64,000 bases of DNA from a candidate division WWE3 bacterium (GCA_003599255.1 QZJF01000006.1:1018-65017), one strand, 5' to 3'. Shown: positions 38,398-49,464, counted from the first letter of the stretch. Notes: generated from the letters alone by a model not told the origin. Made by a program: numbers and translations.

Positions 38398-38901
38398 TTA
38401 TATATTTCTTGAATCGTATGCCCAGTGTAAAAGGCTTTGTCTTTGTCTTCTTCTGCAATCATAGTCGCCCGGTGCACAGTTCTTTATTAATTGAACAAGA
38501 TGTCTTTTGTAAGACTGCCATCTTTTTATTTGTCTTATATCCTCTTGCGGGATCCGCCGACCCAAATAATACCTGCAATACCACTGAAACCACCCGCGCG
38601 GGTCTTCGTCATAAATCCAGCCTTTCTCCCGCCAAACGCTTAGTTTCTGACTTGCATTTACTTTGAAAAAATTCAACTCAGGGTTGTGACGTTCGGGGCA
38701 AAGCTTGGCATTTTTATACCAGTCTTTTGGGAATTCATCAGCACAATCGGTCATGTACTTACCCCCGAAAACACCTAACTCAAGCATTTCTTTTGGAGTC
38801 AGTTCCGGAGAGAATTCGGGGTCGAAATCTTTGCCTTCAAGCTTGGTACAAGTATACGCATAATTATGTTGCATTAAATCGTTTACGATAATTTCTGTCA
38901 T
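38398..38901 (-). CDS. Conserved hypothetical protein (DPRGWFQWYCRYY motif)
   Basis: LTPKEMLELGVFGGKY, DPRGWFQWYCRYYLGRR, RQSLLHWAY look like conserved family motifs. Function unknown. Confidence 0.8.
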   Translation of the reverse strand: MTEIIVNDLMQHNYAYTCTKLEGKDFDPEFSPELTPKEMLELGVFGGKYMTDCADEFPKDWYKNAKLCPERHNPELNFFKVNASQKLSVWREKGWIYDEDPRGWFQWYCRYYLGRRIPQEDIRQIKRWQSYKRHLVQLIKNCAPGDYDCRRRQRQSLLHWAYDSRNI

Positions 38902-40605
38902 TTAGTGTGTTACTGATAATTCCCTGATGCTTTCCAGGTACTTTATGTGTTTGTTTCTCAATCTCTGGTATTTTTTGGCATCCAGACCATGTTTTAAAAT
39001 CATTTCAGCTGCTTGTTGAGCTCCTATATAATGAGAAAGAACTACATTTGTAACTCCGGCATCGTAAAGTTCTGTAGCATGCTCCAACGTGTCTGCTATT
39101 ACAATTAGAATTGTATCCTGGTTTGCTCTTCTTATAACTTGAGCCAACAACATATTAGTTTCAAAATCCGGTATTGTGGATACTGCAATTTTCAGGTTAT
39201 TTAATGGAAGATCCTGTAAGAACTCCGCGTCGGATGCATCCCCATACTCATAAGGTATTTTTATGTTAGCCAAATGTTGAATAGTGTCAGGATTATATTC
39301 AACTACTAAAAATTTTGTCTTGCTTTCTCTAAAAGCATGCGCAAATTCCGGACCCGCCCTTCTATAGCCAAAGATAACCGCTTCAAAATCTTTTTCATGC
39401 TTATCTTTATTCATATTTGTTTTTCTAATTTCAAAGATCGACAGAATTTTATTGATTTTTTTGTATATAAATTCGGAATATAAAATCAGGTATGTAGATC
39501 CCGCTATGGTAATAATGCCAACCAAAGTAACCATAGATAATACCTCTCTGGAAACATGTCCAACGTCAAAACCAAGTTTAACAAGAATAAGTGAAAACTC
39601 ACTGATTTGGGCAACTGTTAAGCCGGCAAGAAATCCTGTTTTCTTTGAGTATCCCAAAAAATTCATAAGAAGGAGAACTATTAATGGATTGCCAATTAAA
39701 ATAAATACAGAAAAAATAATTGTAGGGCTAATAAGCCCCTGCCAGTTATCGAATACCATTTGATATCCGAGAAGAATAAAAAACAAGGTTATGAAGAAAT
39801 CACGCAAAGGTTTTAGTCTTGATGAGATTTCGTAAGAAAATGGAGTGATAGAAAGTGAAACTCCCGCAACAAGAGCTCCAATTTCTATTGATAGTCCCAT
39901 TTGGTGATATAAAGCCGCTATTCCCATCCCCCAGGCAAGTGCGCCTATAAAAAGAAACTCCTGTGAACGACCAATGAATCCAGTTAATTTAGAAAGTATT
40001 TTTGACGAAATCAAAAACAAAAGGGCGAGCATTGCAAACCCTTTAAGTAAAAGAATAAATAAATTAAATAAAACAACGGATAAGTTTGCGCCTTCCACCG
40101 CATTCAAACTGGAAATAATGACTAGGATTAATGTTGCTACAAGATCCTGAACAAGAAGAAAACCTACGGCTATCTTTCCGTACAATTTATGTGTGTCGCC
40201 TTTATCACTAAGCAATTTCAAAATAATAATCGTACTGCTAAAGGTTAATGCTACCGCAATGTATAGAGATTCTATTGGAGTGAATCCTAACAATACTCCT
40301 ATTACGTACCCAAATAAGGAAGTAAAAAAAACTTGCCCTAATCCAGTTACGGTGGATACCGGTCCAAGTTCTTTTAAAATTTTTGGACTTAGTCCGAGAC
40401 CGACAATAAAGAGTAAAGCCGTTATACCCAGTTTAGAAAAAAGTTCCACAACTTCTACCGATTTTAAAATATTGAAAAAGTACGGACCGACGAGTAAACC
40501 TGCCAGGATATAGCCAATGACTAACGGTTGTTTTAACAATCTCATTAAAGTTGAAACTAACAGTGCGACTAAAAGGATGAGACTTATTTCACCAAACTGT
40601 TCCAT
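38902..40605 (-). CDS. CPA2/Kef-type cation:proton antiporter with TrkA-N (KTN) domain
   Basis: GYILAGLLVGP, SSTIII, LLVQD, LRDFF, QISEFS, then C-terminal IFGYRRAG and YGDASD. Confidence 0.92.
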   Translation of the reverse strand: MEQFGEISLILLVALLVSTLMRLLKQPLVIGYILAGLLVGPYFFNILKSVEVVELFSKLGITALLFIVGLGLSPKILKELGPVSTVTGLGQVFFTSLFGYVIGVLLGFTPIESLYIAVALTFSSTIIILKLLSDKGDTHKLYGKIAVGFLLVQDLVATLILVIISSLNAVEGANLSVVLFNLFILLLKGFAMLALLFLISSKILSKLTGFIGRSQEFLFIGALAWGMGIAALYHQMGLSIEIGALVAGVSLSITPFSYEISSRLKPLRDFFITLFFILLGYQMVFDNWQGLISPTIIFSVFILIGNPLIVLLLMNFLGYSKKTGFLAGLTVAQISEFSLILVKLGFDVGHVSREVLSMVTLVGIITIAGSTYLILYSEFIYKKINKILSIFEIRKTNMNKDKHEKDFEAVIFGYRRAGPEFAHAFRESKTKFLVVEYNPDTIQHLANIKIPYEYGDASDAEFLQDLPLNNLKIAVSTIPDFETNMLLAQVIRRANQDTILIVIADTLEHATELYDAGVTNVVLSHYIGAQQAAEMILKHGLDAKKYQRLRNKHIKYLESIRELSVTH

Positions 40606-40641
40606 TTGTTAATTCTACAAGAAAACAGACTCTGAAAATAG

Positions 40642-41493
40642 CTATATAAGGAAATATGCACCGGCAATGGCCATAATTCCGGCGATTATTTTTTTGGCTA
40701 CATAATTGCGTTCGTTTAAGAAAATAACTCCTAAAATAATAGTAAGGAGTATTGATGTCTGGACTATCGGTATTACGCGTGTCGCTTCGGCAATTTCCAG
40801 GGCTTTTAACTGCAAAAGGTAGCCGAATACATTTATTCCGGCAAGGACAACCACTTTCCATGAAGCCTGCTTTAATTCTGATTTTATTTCGGAAAACTTT
40901 ATGTAAGGAAAGATTATAAATACAATTGGGAGTGTCCAAACAAGTATGCTGTATGTATTTGCGTTAAAGTATCCAGCACCCAGCTTGTCTAGCATCCATG
41001 CGATGCCTATAAGAATGCTTGTGAATATTCCAACGGCTACGCCTTTTAATGAATTTTTACCTTTAAGATTTTCAGTCGACACTATAAGCAAAGCAATGAT
41101 TATGAGAAATCCGCCCAGAATTTTTCCGGGAGTCACAGTTTCTTTATATAATATTAAGGCTCCGATGAAAGCTACAAATACACTCAAATTTCCTATAGTT
41201 GTAAGAACTGAGGCATCGAGCAGTTTTGCTGCAACAAATCGAAGCCTCTCAAACAGACCGTAACAAACAACGGCTACAAGAAGGGAGATATAAGCAATTG
41301 GCTCTGAAGGTAGCGCGAATTTAGTATGTTCTCCGGTAACAAAGTATATTGAAAGCGAAATTACCGCCGCAGAAACATTGAACAACAGAGATATTGCTCT
41401 AGGATATTTGCTGTCAACAGCAAGCACTCTCTGTAGCAAGTTCAACAAAGTAAAGAATAAAACAGAGCTAAAAGCCAGCACTACCCAGTTCAT
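40642..41493 (-). CDS. DMT/EamA family transporter
   Basis: About ten TM helices in two repeats (LYKETVT..KILG and FLNER...KKIIAG). Confidence 0.85.
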   Translation of the reverse strand: MNWVVLAFSSVLFFTLLNLLQRVLAVDSKYPRAISLLFNVSAAVISLSIYFVTGEHTKFALPSEPIAYISLLVAVVCYGLFERLRFVAAKLLDASVLTTIGNLSVFVAFIGALILYKETVTPGKILGGFLIIIALLIVSTENLKGKNSLKGVAVGIFTSILIGIAWMLDKLGAGYFNANTYSILVWTLPIVFIIFPYIKFSEIKSELKQASWKVVVLAGINVFGYLLQLKALEIAEATRVIPIVQTSILLTIILGVIFLNERNYVAKKIIAGIMAIAGAYFLI

Positions 41494-41529
41494 TCCTATA
41501 TTCTATATCCAAATAAACTCAAAGTCTTT

Positions 41530-42309
41530 ATGATTATGAATATGAACAGCATATTTATAGACGTGGCACTTTTGATACTGTCTTATATGACGGGTTGGTT
41601 TTTTATTGCCCAGCTTTTGAAAAGAAACGATGTTGCCGATATAGCATGGGGTTTAGGGTATGTTTTAATCTCGATGTATCTATTTTTTAGGGGCAGTAAC
41701 AGTATCCATTTTTATGTAATTAGCTTTCTAATAGTTGTTTGGGGTATCAGGCTTAGCTACCATATATTTCAGCGCAACAGAGCAAAAGAAGAGGATTACA
41801 GGTATAAAAAATGGAGAATACAATGGGGACGATGGTTCTATTTGAGATCGTACATTCAGGTTTTTATAATTCAAGGATTTTTCATGTATATGATAAGTTT
41901 GCCACTTATGTTCTCTCATGAGTACGATAGCAAGTCTCTTAGTTATTTGGGTTTTGCGGGGATGTTGATCTGGATTACCGGATTCATATTTGAGAGTGTC
42001 GGTGACTATCAGCTAAGGTTGTTTTTATCAAAACCTAAAAACAATGGAAAGATTATGAAGTATGGTCTGTGGAGATATACCAGGCATCCGAATTATTTCG
42101 GAGAAGTAGCCCAGTGGTGGGGGATTTTCTTGGTTTTGACTGACGTCGCATTTAATTGGATTGCACTATTGAGTCCTTTGACTATTACGTATCTTCTATT
42201 GTTTGTGTCGGGAATCCCTATGCTTGAAGCCAAATACAAGGGTAATAAGGAGTTTATGGAATATCAAAGAGTAACAAACGCCTTTTTCCCGTGGTTTCCA
42301 AAGAAGTAA
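41530..42309 (+). CDS. DUF1295 / steroid 5-alpha-reductase-like membrane protein
   Basis: [34 protein letters not shown]. Confidence 0.9.
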   Translation: MIMNMNSIFIDVALLILSYMTGWFFIAQLLKRNDVADIAWGLGYVLISMYLFFRGSNSIHFYVISFLIVVWGIRLSYHIFQRNRAKEEDYRYKKWRIQWGRWFYLRSYIQVFIIQGFFMYMISLPLMFSHEYDSKSLSYLGFAGMLIWITGFIFESVGDYQLRLFLSKPKNNGKIMKYGLWRYTRHPNYFGEVAQWWGIFLVLTDVAFNWIALLSPLTITYLLLFVSGIPMLEAKYKGNKEFMEYQRVTNAFFPWFPKK

Positions 42310-42312
42310 AAG

Positions 42313-42720
42313 TTATCTGATCCACCGTCCGATATAAAATCCGGAGAGTGAAACAAGCGCACTCAAAGTCATTCCCCAAAGAATATCAACAATTGTTACT
42401 TTCAGGGGCCAATCTTTTAATGTAGCCAGGTTTGTCAGATCATAGGTTGCGTAGGTAAACAGGCCGTATAGGGCACCACTAATTAAAGCCGCTTTTGCTG
42501 AGTTATTATTTAACGCCGGTACAACAGCAAAAAACAGCAGTCCTGCAATATTTAATAGATAAAAAATACCCGCTGCTGCAAGATTGGGTTTTTCCGCCAG
42601 TAGATGTCCGATGTTTGCTTTGTAGAAACCGGGAGCAATTTTGGCCAGCCAGACTGCATCTATGCCTAAAAATACCGTCAAGGTGCCAAAATATAATTTA
42701 ATTAGATAATTAATATTCAT
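42313..42720 (-). CDS. DUF2177 family membrane protein
   Basis: IDAVWL and YATYDLTNLATLKDWP...VDILWG. Confidence 0.9.
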   Translation of the reverse strand: MNINYLIKLYFGTLTVFLGIDAVWLAKIAPGFYKANIGHLLAEKPNLAAAGIFYLLNIAGLLFFAVVPALNNNSAKAALISGALYGLFTYATYDLTNLATLKDWPLKVTIVDILWGMTLSALVSLSGFYIGRWIR

Positions 42721-42761
42721 AAATCAATCTTACATCCTTTGAAATGTATATAATAGTTTTA

Positions 42762-44324
42762 ATGACCAAAATGCTTCAGGTTGTTAAGAATCATTATTTA
42801 CTAGTTCTTTTTGTCTTTTTCTATTTACTGTTTTCACTATTTACGTATAAAGTTGTTCCTATTGGTAATTCCGAGGAATATAGGTATCTTAGAGGCAAGG
42901 AAACATTGGAGCACTTTATATATGGTCAGTTCACCGAAAAAATGCTGCAGCCTATTCCTAACTACTTTCTCTATAACCTATATCCTATGATTCTGGTCTA
43001 CCTTAATCCCAATTTCTATTACGAATGGTTCCACCTGATGAATTTAGCCTTTTCTCTGTTGGGGTTTGTCGCAGTTTATTTTCTTTCTTTGGAAATTACT
43101 AAATCCAGACGCCTCTCACTATTTAGCATGCTCGCCTTGGTCCTTTTTCCGGGTTTTTTCGGACAACTTGCATTCAACCCAATTGATATGCCATTTATGG
43201 TTGCGTATTTGTGGGTTTTGTATTTGTTAATCAAATATTCTAAAAATGATTCGAATCACTGGTCTACTATCCTATTGGGTGTATTGATAGGCATAGCACA
43301 AGGTCTGAGGCAGCTGGGTTTGACCTTGTACATTGTTGTGGTCGCTCTTGATATTTATGACTATTTAATGAATAGAAATGAGACCAAGTGGAAACTGACA
43401 AGATTTTTTAAGGAAAGGTTTCTTAAATATCTATATATTTTTATAACAGCAAATTTCTTTATGTTGATTACCTGGCCCAACTTCGCGGTTAACTTTTTCA
43501 AGAGCTATATCTGGTATCTATTTGTAGGTTCGAATTTTTACCTGTGGGATTTCGGGCTTTTGTTTTTTGGGAAATTTCTCGAGAATCACGAAAGACCTTG
43601 GTATTATCTCCCCTTTTTCCAGCTGATAACGTATCCGTATTTCATAAGCATTTTGTTTCTGTCTATTATTCGTTTTTTTAAGGAAAATTTAAAAAATAGA
43701 ACATATTTTGTTTTGACTTCTGCGGTAATTATCAACTATATTTCATACTTTGCATTAAAACCGGTACTTTACGACGGAATTAGGCATTTCCTGTTTCTCG
43801 TACCATTGATCGTACTTATATCAGTTAAACATCTGAAAGACTTGTTGCAGTTAATCGGAAAAAAGTATCAGTTAACAATTATATTGTTGATCATCATAAA
43901 CCTGTTTGGTTTAGCCTATTACTCCATTAGAGAATTTCCTTATCAATATGTTTATTTTAATAAGATAGGACATCTATTCGGAAATCCGTACAAGTTGTTC
44001 GAGTCAGATTATTCGAACACTAAATATAGGGAAGGGGCCGAGTGGATAAGGGACACCTACATAACTGAAAACAGTAAATACGATACAAGTAACCCAAAAG
44101 AAATGCTGAGAGTTTACGTTTGCGATAATGCATATGCCGTTGATTATTTTTCACACAAAAAGTTTCTTACAGTTATTCACAAGGAAGATTCCGACCTGAT
44201 ATTATGCGACTATAGGAACAAACTCCAAAGCGATTACGAAGGGAATTCTGTCAAAGAATTTTTCATTGATGGAAACCCGGTATTGTATTTGATACGGACC
44301 CCAAAAGAATATCAATTGTTATAA
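42762..44324 (+). CDS. GT-C fold membrane glycosyltransferase
   Basis: SEE after TM1, FNPIDMPF, RPWYYLP, LYDGIRHFL, YPYQY-like FPYQYVYFN. Many TM helices. Confidence 0.7.
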   Translation: MTKMLQVVKNHYLLVLFVFFYLLFSLFTYKVVPIGNSEEYRYLRGKETLEHFIYGQFTEKMLQPIPNYFLYNLYPMILVYLNPNFYYEWFHLMNLAFSLLGFVAVYFLSLEITKSRRLSLFSMLALVLFPGFFGQLAFNPIDMPFMVAYLWVLYLLIKYSKNDSNHWSTILLGVLIGIAQGLRQLGLTLYIVVVALDIYDYLMNRNETKWKLTRFFKERFLKYLYIFITANFFMLITWPNFAVNFFKSYIWYLFVGSNFYLWDFGLLFFGKFLENHERPWYYLPFFQLITYPYFISILFLSIIRFFKENLKNRTYFVLTSAVIINYISYFALKPVLYDGIRHFLFLVPLIVLISVKHLKDLLQLIGKKYQLTIILLIIINLFGLAYYSIREFPYQYVYFNKIGHLFGNPYKLFESDYSNTKYREGAEWIRDTYITENSKYDTSNPKEMLRVYVCDNAYAVDYFSHKKFLTVIHKEDSDLILCDYRNKLQSDYEGNSVKEFFIDGNPVLYLIRTPKEYQLL

Positions 44325-45196
44325 GCTTCTTCTAGTTTGGCGATATCAAATTTCTTCATTTTTAAGAAGGCCTCAGTGACTTTGGCAATTTTATCCTTGT
44401 TTCCACTTCCCAACATTATGTTCATTACTTCCGGCACTATCTGCCATGAAACTCCGTATTTATCCTTTAACCATCCGCATTGTTCGGCTTCAGGAACTGC
44501 GCTTAATTTTTCCCAGTAATAATCAATTTCTTCCTGGTCTGTGCAGTTTATAATGAAAGAAATTGCCTCATTAAATGTAAAACCGTGGTTGTAAGCACTA
44601 TCCATTGCGGCAAATCCTACCCCTTCTAAAACAAATCCCGCATGTTTCACAGTGCCCACCTTGTCGAATTCACTTTCTCCCTCTTCGTATCGTGCGATTT
44701 CTGTAATCCTTGAGTTGTTAAATACTGACGTATAATAATTCATGGCTTCTTCGGCCTTACCTGCATTTCCACCTGTAAACATTAATGTTGGAATTATTTT
44801 TTGAGTAATAGGCATATCTTCCATGAACATAACTTGCCATGAAAGTCCGTACTTGTCAGTAGTCCAACCGTATTTCTTGCTAAAGGGATAAGCACCAAGT
44901 TCCATCAAGACATCACCGCCATTTGAGATTTCTTTCCAGATTTTTTCGGCTTCTTCAACGCTGGAACAGGCTACAAACATCGATATAGCGGGCGTAAATT
45001 TAAAGTATGGTCCCGCGTTGATCAACATAAAATCCTGTCCTAAGATGCGCATACTTACTATGTCAGCATCCCCAGAGGGGGTGTCGTGTATAGTTGTAAC
45101 TCCGGTAACACCGGAATCCGCAAAGATACTACTGTAAAGTTCTGCTGATTCCAAAGCCTCTTTATCGTACCAAAGATGAGTTGATATCTTTTGCAT
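44312..45196 (-). CDS. VOC family protein (tandem PhnB / 3-demethylubiquinone-9 MTase-like domains)
   Basis: Two repeats with FTPAIS/FNEAIS and YGWTTDKYGLSWQ/CGWLKDKYGVSWQ. Confidence 0.9.
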   Translation of the reverse strand: MQKISTHLWYDKEALESAELYSSIFADSGVTGVTTIHDTPSGDADIVSMRILGQDFMLINAGPYFKFTPAISMFVACSSVEEAEKIWKEISNGGDVLMELGAYPFSKKYGWTTDKYGLSWQVMFMEDMPITQKIIPTLMFTGGNAGKAEEAMNYYTSVFNNSRITEIARYEEGESEFDKVGTVKHAGFVLEGVGFAAMDSAYNHGFTFNEAISFIINCTDQEEIDYYWEKLSAVPEAEQCGWLKDKYGVSWQIVPEVMNIMLGSGNKDKIAKVTEAFLKMKKFDIAKLEEAYNN

Positions 45197-45204
45197 AGTA
45201 TCTC

Positions 45205-45630
45205 TTACTCCCCCGCAACGTTAACCATCCATAATACCCCATACTTATCTGCAAATGAAGCAAAATAATCTCCCCAAAACATTTTCGCAAAGGGCATTTC
45301 AATTTTTCCACCTGCGGAAAGCTCATTAAATAGTCGTTGTCCTTCCTCAACTGAATCGGGTGCCAAAGAAATATAATTGTTGTTTCCTACAACTAGCGTC
45401 ATACCACGTGCTTCGGATATGTCCGATCCCATTAATACAGCATTATTTCCAATCGGCAGCGATATGTGCATAATTCTTTCTGCCTCATCCCCAGGCATTT
45501 TTTCTTCACCCTGTGGCATATCTTTGTATCTCATTAACGAACTGAATTCTCCCCCAAATACTGATTTATAGAAATTAAAAGCTTCTTCGGTATTACCGTT
45601 AAAATTTAAGTATGGATTTATTTTTAGCAT
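45205..45630 (-). CDS. VOC family protein (PhnB/YjdN-like)
   Basis: INPYLNFNGNTEEAFNFYKSVFGG, IMHISL, FWGDYFA.FADKYGVLW. Confidence 0.9.
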   Translation of the reverse strand: MLKINPYLNFNGNTEEAFNFYKSVFGGEFSSLMRYKDMPQGEEKMPGDEAERIMHISLPIGNNAVLMGSDISEARGMTLVVGNNNYISLAPDSVEEGQRLFNELSAGGKIEMPFAKMFWGDYFASFADKYGVLWMVNVAGE

Positions 45631-45693
45631 GGGATATTCCTTAAATATATAAATAAATATCTATTTAAAGAATCTACCACATATAGATGATGT

Positions 45694-46011
45694 TTAGTAT
45701 AAAGACAAATAGCAAATTATTCCGAGAAAATAAAAGATTCCCCAGCCTACAGTCCAGAATACAAGGGAAAAAGCTTCCTTGTATTTTTTATCCCAAAATA
45801 AAACTGCCGCTCTGCCAAGCACAAGAGAAGCACTTAGAACGGCTGAAATAATAAAAAGAAGAAGCATTATGATAGGAGCAAAGAATTGAGGTACTTTATG
45901 TTCCAGCGACTGCCCTGCGTACGTAAAGAATGCGGAGATAAGCCCAATATAAATAACAAGACCCGTAGCCTGTAAGAACGCCAAGAAAGGTGTAGAAAAT
46001 TTTTTTATCAT
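45694..46011 (-). CDS. Small three-TM hypothetical protein
   Basis: Three hydrophobic helices. TATAAT lies 6 nt before the ATG. Confidence 0.7.
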   Translation of the reverse strand: MIKKFSTPFLAFLQATGLVIYIGLISAFFTYAGQSLEHKVPQFFAPIIMLLLFIISAVLSASLVLGRAAVLFWDKKYKEAFSLVFWTVGWGIFYFLGIICYLSLY

Positions 46012-46050
46012 GTGTAGATTATACTACTCTTTATTGATAGACTGGTCATA

Positions 46051-48090
46051 ATGGTGGACAAATATAAAGAATACGCGCTAATAAGTATTGTTTCCATTAT
46101 TTCAGTTTTGCTCATTTTTAAATATTTTAATTTAAATCCTTTGTTACCACTAAATTATTCAGGTGATGCGCTGGTTCATTACAATTTTGCAAAAAACATT
46201 CAGGTTTCAGGATGGTGGACTAGTAATCCTTATCTTGGAGCCCCTGGTGTTCAATCACTTAATGATTTTCCGCTGACCGAGCTGCTTCACATTCTTTTAT
46301 TAAAGACACTTATTCTGTTTGGTTTAAATTGGTACCAATCAGTAAATATTTTCTATATTTTGAGTTTTCCATTAACAGCGGTTATATCCATGTACGCAAT
46401 GAGGAGAATAGGTATTAAGACAGCTATAGCCTTTCCGTTATCCTTAATCTACACTTTTATACCCTACCATTTTTATCGCGGGGTTAATCATCTCTTTTTA
46501 GCCGCTTATTACACAGTGCCTATATCAATACTCTCTGCTTATTTACTAGCATCAGAAAAAAAATTGAAACCTGTTGAGACTGTCGTATTTCCGTTTGTGA
46601 TTGCCTCCGCGGGTGGTTACTACACATATTTTTCTCTGGTGTTTTTAGGTCTCGGAATAATAATTAAATTTATCAAAACAAGAAAACTCTTTGAATTAAA
46701 GCCCGGAGTTATATTTTTAAGTCTGACATTACTCATTTTCATGCTAAATATGTCCCCCACTCTTATTTTCCAATTAAGGCATGGGTCAAACCTTAACACA
46801 GGAACCAGATTGATATCAGAGACCGAACTTTATGGTCTAAAGATAATCCAACTTCTCCTACCGGTGGAGGACCATAATTTATCCATACTAAACAAAGTTT
46901 ATAAGAGATATGGACAACATGGACTTGGTCTAACAATTACGGAAAATCAATACTCTAGTCTTGGTTTGATTTCTTCGGTCGGTTTCTTGTTACTCCTTGC
47001 TTATGCGGCTTTTGGAGTTTTCATTGAAAAAGCAGATAAAAATTTTATAGCCAAAATTAATATTTTTTCGATATTTAATTTGACAGCGGTATTGTTTGGC
47101 ACTATTGGTGGATTTAGCTTATTTTTATCCTCTTATATGACTCCAGTGTTTAGATCAGTAAACAGGATAAGTATATTTATAGCTTTTTTTAGTTTAGTTG
47201 CCCTGGGATTGCTAATTCAGAAATACGTTAAAGACAGGTATGCCATCGTACTGGTGTTTGTGATGTTGAGCGTATCTCTATATGACCAGATCTCAATTGG
47301 TGTAATGAGAAACTTCAGAGACGATCAGAAAGGGTTTCTTGCCCTAAAGAATTATGCATATCAGTTGGAAGGAATTGCTGGTAAGGATTCCATGATTTAT
47401 ACACTTCCCTATGGACATTATCCTGAAGGAGAAGACAAAAAGATTATGAGACTCGCCTTGCTGACCGACTCTATTAAATGGAGTGCGGGAGCGGAAACAT
47501 GGAGAGCAATCAGTTATTGGCAATATAACAATACCCGGCTTGAAATCGAAAGATTTCTTGAAAATATAATAAAGGAAGGTTTTACAGGATTAGTAATTCA
47601 TCCGGAAGGATATGATCAGGCAAAAGTAGAGGAAATAAAAAGAATTTTATCTGATGAGGGATTTAAAAGTTACAATGATGAATTTGTCTATTTTGATCTA
47701 AAAAAATACGCTGAGGCAAATAATATAAATAAAGATCCAACTAAAGTGTTTTATTATATAGGCGGCAAATGCGTACACGACTATACGGATTTAAATAAAG
47801 TCATTACAAAGTATTGGTGTGTAGACTCTGCAAGAATTAATTTTGAAAATCGAACAAGCAGAACTTTAAAATATAATGTAAATGCAACGTTACAATTTCC
47901 CGCAGGAATTGAGGATTTCAGCTTAACAGTAGAAGTAAAGCCCGGGTATTCAACTAAGTATATTTATAAAGCAGCCGAACATGATGGGGCATTTCCGCTG
48001 CCGGGAAATGAAATTAAGTGGCCGTTGAATATCGGTTACCCAAATATGTTACTACAAAATGTAATAGTTACTGAAGTTCCAGATGTATAA
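46051..48090 (+). CDS. Large multi-TM protein, YfhO/GT-C-like glycosyltransferase
   Basis: YSGDA after TM1, LGAPG, PYHFYR...HLFLAAY, FRSVNRISIFIAF, C-terminal extracellular domain. Confidence 0.65.
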   Translation: MVDKYKEYALISIVSIISVLLIFKYFNLNPLLPLNYSGDALVHYNFAKNIQVSGWWTSNPYLGAPGVQSLNDFPLTELLHILLLKTLILFGLNWYQSVNIFYILSFPLTAVISMYAMRRIGIKTAIAFPLSLIYTFIPYHFYRGVNHLFLAAYYTVPISILSAYLLASEKKLKPVETVVFPFVIASAGGYYTYFSLVFLGLGIIIKFIKTRKLFELKPGVIFLSLTLLIFMLNMSPTLIFQLRHGSNLNTGTRLISETELYGLKIIQLLLPVEDHNLSILNKVYKRYGQHGLGLTITENQYSSLGLISSVGFLLLLAYAAFGVFIEKADKNFIAKINIFSIFNLTAVLFGTIGGFSLFLSSYMTPVFRSVNRISIFIAFFSLVALGLLIQKYVKDRYAIVLVFVMLSVSLYDQISIGVMRNFRDDQKGFLALKNYAYQLEGIAGKDSMIYTLPYGHYPEGEDKKIMRLALLTDSIKWSAGAETWRAISYWQYNNTRLEIERFLENIIKEGFTGLVIHPEGYDQAKVEEIKRILSDEGFKSYNDEFVYFDLKKYAEANNINKDPTKVFYYIGGKCVHDYTDLNKVITKYWCVDSARINFENRTSRTLKYNVNATLQFPAGIEDFSLTVEVKPGYSTKYIYKAAEHDGAFPLPGNEIKWPLNIGYPNMLLQNVIVTEVPDV

Positions 48091-48099
48091 TTTAAATAG

Positions 48100-48534
48100 A
48101 TGGAAACTTGGATTCAAAACATTTCATATTCTTTAGTAATAATATTTTCAGTTTTTGATGCGGCCAAGTACACTTTACAGATAATTCCCGCTAACGATAA
48201 GCAAAAGGGATCCAGAGCCGGCGTAATTCTGTTTGTTTCGTTCATTTTTATTTTGTTAAATTACTATATTTTGGGTATTTTTGATCTAGTAATAGAGTTT
48301 GTAGAGTTAATCCTAGGAGATACAATCTTAAAAAGGGACTTAGCAGTGTTAATTGCTTTTATAATTTTTCAAATCCCATTATATAAGTTGGTGGCAAAGA
48401 AAAAGAGGATCAAAAAATATGGTGATGACAATTCAATATTTGAGAAATATGTTGAAGCATTTGTTAATGCGAGATTATTTTTATTTCTATTGTTTGTATT
48501 TTTGATAATATTCGCCTTTCTTGGAAAAAAGTAG
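48100..48534 (+). CDS. Hypothetical membrane protein
   Basis: Four hydrophobic segments, 9 nt downstream of the previous gene. Confidence 0.65.
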   Translation: METWIQNISYSLVIIFSVFDAAKYTLQIIPANDKQKGSRAGVILFVSFIFILLNYYILGIFDLVIEFVELILGDTILKRDLAVLIAFIIFQIPLYKLVAKKKRIKKYGDDNSIFEKYVEAFVNARLFLFLLFVFLIIFAFLGKK

Positions 48535-48565
48535 GTGCTTTAACATGGCTTTTATTAAAGCACCT
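48533..48565. terminator. Hairpin between convergent genes
   Basis: AGGTGCTTTAA...TTAAAGCACCT. Confidence 0.55.
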
Positions 48566-48583
48566 TCGAGATGTATTTATACC

Positions 48584-49384
48584 CTAATGTGGCTGCGTGC
48601 CGGACGCTAGGGGTGAGCTGAGTTGCAGTAAAGTACGTTCTTTGGCTATGACGGTCGAAGTGAATCTGCTTTCCAATTTAGTAAGTGTGGCGGCAGCAGA
48701 AGTTATTACGGGCGAACCTCTTCCGACATAATATGGTGCGGGTTGTGTGAACCATTCTCCGTTGGGGATTCCGACCACGAAACTGTAACCGGTTTCCTGA
48801 GCAACCGCAAGAATTCTTAAATCGTCTCCGTATACCCCGTAGGGAAGTATAAGGGAAACAGGACTTTCCAGATGTTCTGAAATAGTGGCATATGACCCCG
48901 AGATCTCTTCCCTTAAAATATTATCCGGTTGTCCGGGAAGATATTTATGTGAACTGGTATGAGACGCTATTTCAAAACCGGCACGCTCAAGTGAATCCAG
49001 ATATTTCCATTCAGCTTCGCTTAGTTGACCGGGTACAAGTCCTATTACGGCTACCATTCCCCTGCTCATTAGTTCTTCGGCCATGAGCTTTAGAGAGTGT
49101 GTTATGCGGTTTGGACCGTAGTCATCGATTGATATTATTATCAGTTTATCAGGTATTGATTGTCCTGATATAACAAAGTCGTTCAGATCCTTGTAGGTTA
49201 TGGTTGTGTATCCATCTTTCTCTAAAAGATCCAAAAACCCGGGTAGAAACTCCACGCTGTGGGAATGCAGCATGAGCGACGGCGGAACCGCAAAATCATC
49301 AACGGCAGCCCGGCTGTAACCTGAAACAAAGAAAATAGATACAGCCAAAACTAACAACCCTGTGTTAAGAACTCTTCCTTTCAC
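48584..49384 (-). CDS. Polysaccharide deacetylase (CE4/NodB, IcaB-like), secreted
   Basis: Signal peptide, LMLHS, ISIDD, EIASHTSSH, LPYG. AAGGAGG SD. Confidence 0.85.
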   Translation of the reverse strand: MKGRVLNTGLLVLAVSIFFVSGYSRAAVDDFAVPPSLMLHSHSVEFLPGFLDLLEKDGYTTITYKDLNDFVISGQSIPDKLIIISIDDYGPNRITHSLKLMAEELMSRGMVAVIGLVPGQLSEAEWKYLDSLERAGFEIASHTSSHKYLPGQPDNILREEISGSYATISEHLESPVSLILPYGVYGDDLRILAVAQETGYSFVVGIPNGEWFTQPAPYYVGRGSPVITSAAATLTKLESRFTSTVIAKERTLLQLSSPLASGTQPH

Positions 49385-49464
49385 GAGACACCTCCTTAGT
49401 TTTTAAAGACCTATAAGATTATTATATCAGATCACATTAATATGAATGTAAAGAGAGTAAAAAT

